Below, piece by piece: positions 25,023 to 26,300 of a stretch of 26,300 nt of DNA (the stretch's first letter is position 1; each line of letters opens with the position of its first letter). A program made the translations under genes and the position numbers. Location: positions 1 to 26,300 of IMG/VR virus record IMGVR_UViG_3300032227_000624. The stretch is one strand, 5' to 3'. This DNA comes from a virus (lineage: Duplodnaviria > Caudoviricetes). Below the pieces are notes generated by a model that was not told the origin of the DNA, ran no database searches, and saw only the letters and a list, made by a program, of their open reading frames with translations.

Positions 25023-25282
25023 AACCACACGAGCTTGATCTGAACCGCGCCCGCTTCATTGATGCGTTGTATACGGCCAGTGGCCGTACAAACGGCACCT
25101 ACACCAACCTGTGGCAGGAGTTTTGCGCTGACCTTGGCGCCAACCTGCGCGACACGGATGGGCGTATGATCCTGGATGATTGCATCAAGGCAATCGGTGG
25201 CACCGAAAGCCATCTTGCCGAAAAGCACGCCATGGCCTGCATGGAAGCAATTCGAATTCACTTAATGAAAGGATGGGAATGA
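25019..25282 (+). CDS. Hypothetical protein (87 aa)
   Basis: ATGA-coupled on both sides; LY..SGRTNGTYT.LWQEF motif. Confidence 0.75.
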   Translation: MKPHELDLNRARFIDALYTASGRTNGTYTNLWQEFCADLGANLRDTDGRMILDDCIKAIGGTESHLAEKHAMACMEAIRIHLMKGWE

Positions 25283-25530
25283 CCGCACCAATTTTTTTCA
25301 AGTCTTACCTTCTTGGCCGCAACGTCCAGCTAGACGACATCAAGCAATTATCCGACCAAGATTTGCGTACGTTGAACGTTGAGACGTTGGCCTCGCTTGA
25401 CGAGTCACGCTTTGAGTACAGCCAAATTGAAAACAGGCATTCTGCTGATGCTGGCCCGACATTTGCCCGCATGAAAATTGCTGGCTATTTCCAGGCTGCG
25501 ATCAAGATTGAACTGGCTAGCGATGACTGA
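25279..25530 (+). CDS. Hypothetical protein (83 aa)
   Basis: MTAPIFFKSYLLG..; ATGA overlap at 25279. Confidence 0.7.
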   Translation: MTAPIFFKSYLLGRNVQLDDIKQLSDQDLRTLNVETLASLDESRFEYSQIENRHSADAGPTFARMKIAGYFQAAIKIELASDD

Positions 25531-25738
25531 TCTGGTCAACCATCCGTCGCATTACAACGACGGATCCATCGAATGCATCGACGCCATTGCTGCGCAACTG
25601 ACGCCAGAAGAGTACAGAGGCTACCTGAAAGGGAACATTGCCAAGTACGTTTGGCGTGAGCGGCATAAAGGCGGGCCAGAATCACTGATGAAGGCACGCT
25701 GGTATTTGGATCGTCTTATTACTACCATTGAATCATGA
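25523..25738 (+). CDS. DUF3310 (T7 gp1.7/SaV-like) protein
   Basis: DLVNHPSHY..IECIDAI..GYLKGNIAKYVWR..KGG.ESL.KARWYLDRL. Confidence 0.92.
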   Translation: MTDLVNHPSHYNDGSIECIDAIAAQLTPEEYRGYLKGNIAKYVWRERHKGGPESLMKARWYLDRLITTIES

Positions 25739-25968
25739 AAGCACCATTCCTTACAGCGCTTGAAAACTGGGCCTTGCGGTTCCTGATTAGCAGTCCGCGG
25801 GTTGGCTTGGTGATTGTAAAAAATCACACTGGCAATGGCATTTACGTTGTTTCTGACATGTCTGACCCAACACTGCCAGCTCAATTCCAGCAAGAGGAAG
25901 AGCCAGAACCGCTGTCAATGCAATTGGAACGGATGTATCACGAGCCGGCCTACGGCGAATTGGAATGA
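25735..25968 (+). CDS. Hypothetical protein (77 aa)
   Basis: ATGA-coupled; C-terminal QLERMYHEPAYGE. Confidence 0.75.
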   Translation: MKAPFLTALENWALRFLISSPRVGLVIVKNHTGNGIYVVSDMSDPTLPAQFQQEEEPEPLSMQLERMYHEPAYGELE

Positions 25969-26300
25969 TCAGCCTGTACAACGGTCGGATCATTGTTGAA
26001 CGGCGCACGCTGTCCGAAAACTGGCGTGCCAAGTTTCGGCTACCGCACCGAGATGAAATAATTATTGACCTCTGTACGCCTGATGTGCGGGAGGCTTACA
26101 TCCGCGCTCAATACCATTACGTTGCACTTTTACACAATGAACCATTTGAAAAAATTGAAGAAACCTTAAATAAAAAAGCCAAGTGCTGGTCTTGCATCCA
26201 TTGGTTACCAAGGGGCGATGCCTGTAGCTTTGGGTTCCCCGAGGCACGGCAGAATAAGGGGCGGTTTGCGGCTCGATGCGAGCTTTACGACGATGGAAAG
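25965..26300 (+). CDS. Hypothetical protein with C-terminal 4-Cys motif, runs off window
   Basis: Open from ATG 25965 for 112 codons: MISLYNGRIIVERR..KCWSCIHW..CSFGFPEA..FAARCELY. Confidence 0.8.
   Translation, partial: MISLYNGRIIVERRTLSENWRAKFRLPHRDEIIIDLCTPDVREAYIRAQYHYVALLHNEPFEKIEETLNKKAKCWSCIHWLPRGDACSFGFPEARQNKGRFAARCELYDDGK

Larger units (their letters stand above)
1..26300. mobile_element. Lambda-like tailed phage/prophage segment, probable cyanophage
   Basis: Contiguous terminase-portal-capsid-tail operon in lambda order plus phage replication and recombination genes; no host housekeeping genes. Confidence 0.97.

Noticed and set aside
1-26300. tRNA/rRNA, DGR, retron, intron or intein
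   Set aside because: No cloverleaf, reverse transcriptase motifs, TR/VR pair or intein signatures noticed; terL, portal and helicase are of ordinary length.

Overview
The whole window is phage DNA: a lambda-like siphovirus or prophage segment. The host is probably a cyanobacterium (Synechococcus/Cyanobium-like), inferred from a cyanobacterial-type Pho box and LexA box. Bases 1-13461 hold the minus-strand morphogenesis operon: terS, terL, gpW-like protein, portal, a fused protease-scaffold-capsid, head-tail proteins, tail tube, G/GT chaperones with a -1 slippery site, tape measure and gpM. A lambda-like cos region (cosQ GGGTCCT) lies at about 13540-13665. Next to it are a Pho-box promoter driving an orphan 53-aa gene and a GC-rich island of about 2.6 kb. 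The island is packed with CGGCCG, carries a GP88-like gene and small genes sharing a repeated leader, and ends in a cluster of phased repeats and LexA boxes. Then come a gpZ-like gene, an iteron origin, a primase-helicase, a VRR-NUC nuclease, an SF2 helicase, overlapping divergent promoters, and a RecE-RecT-HTH-SSB operon followed by small genes. No integrase or repressor is visible. All family calls come from motif recognition without database searches, and motif counts were made by eye.
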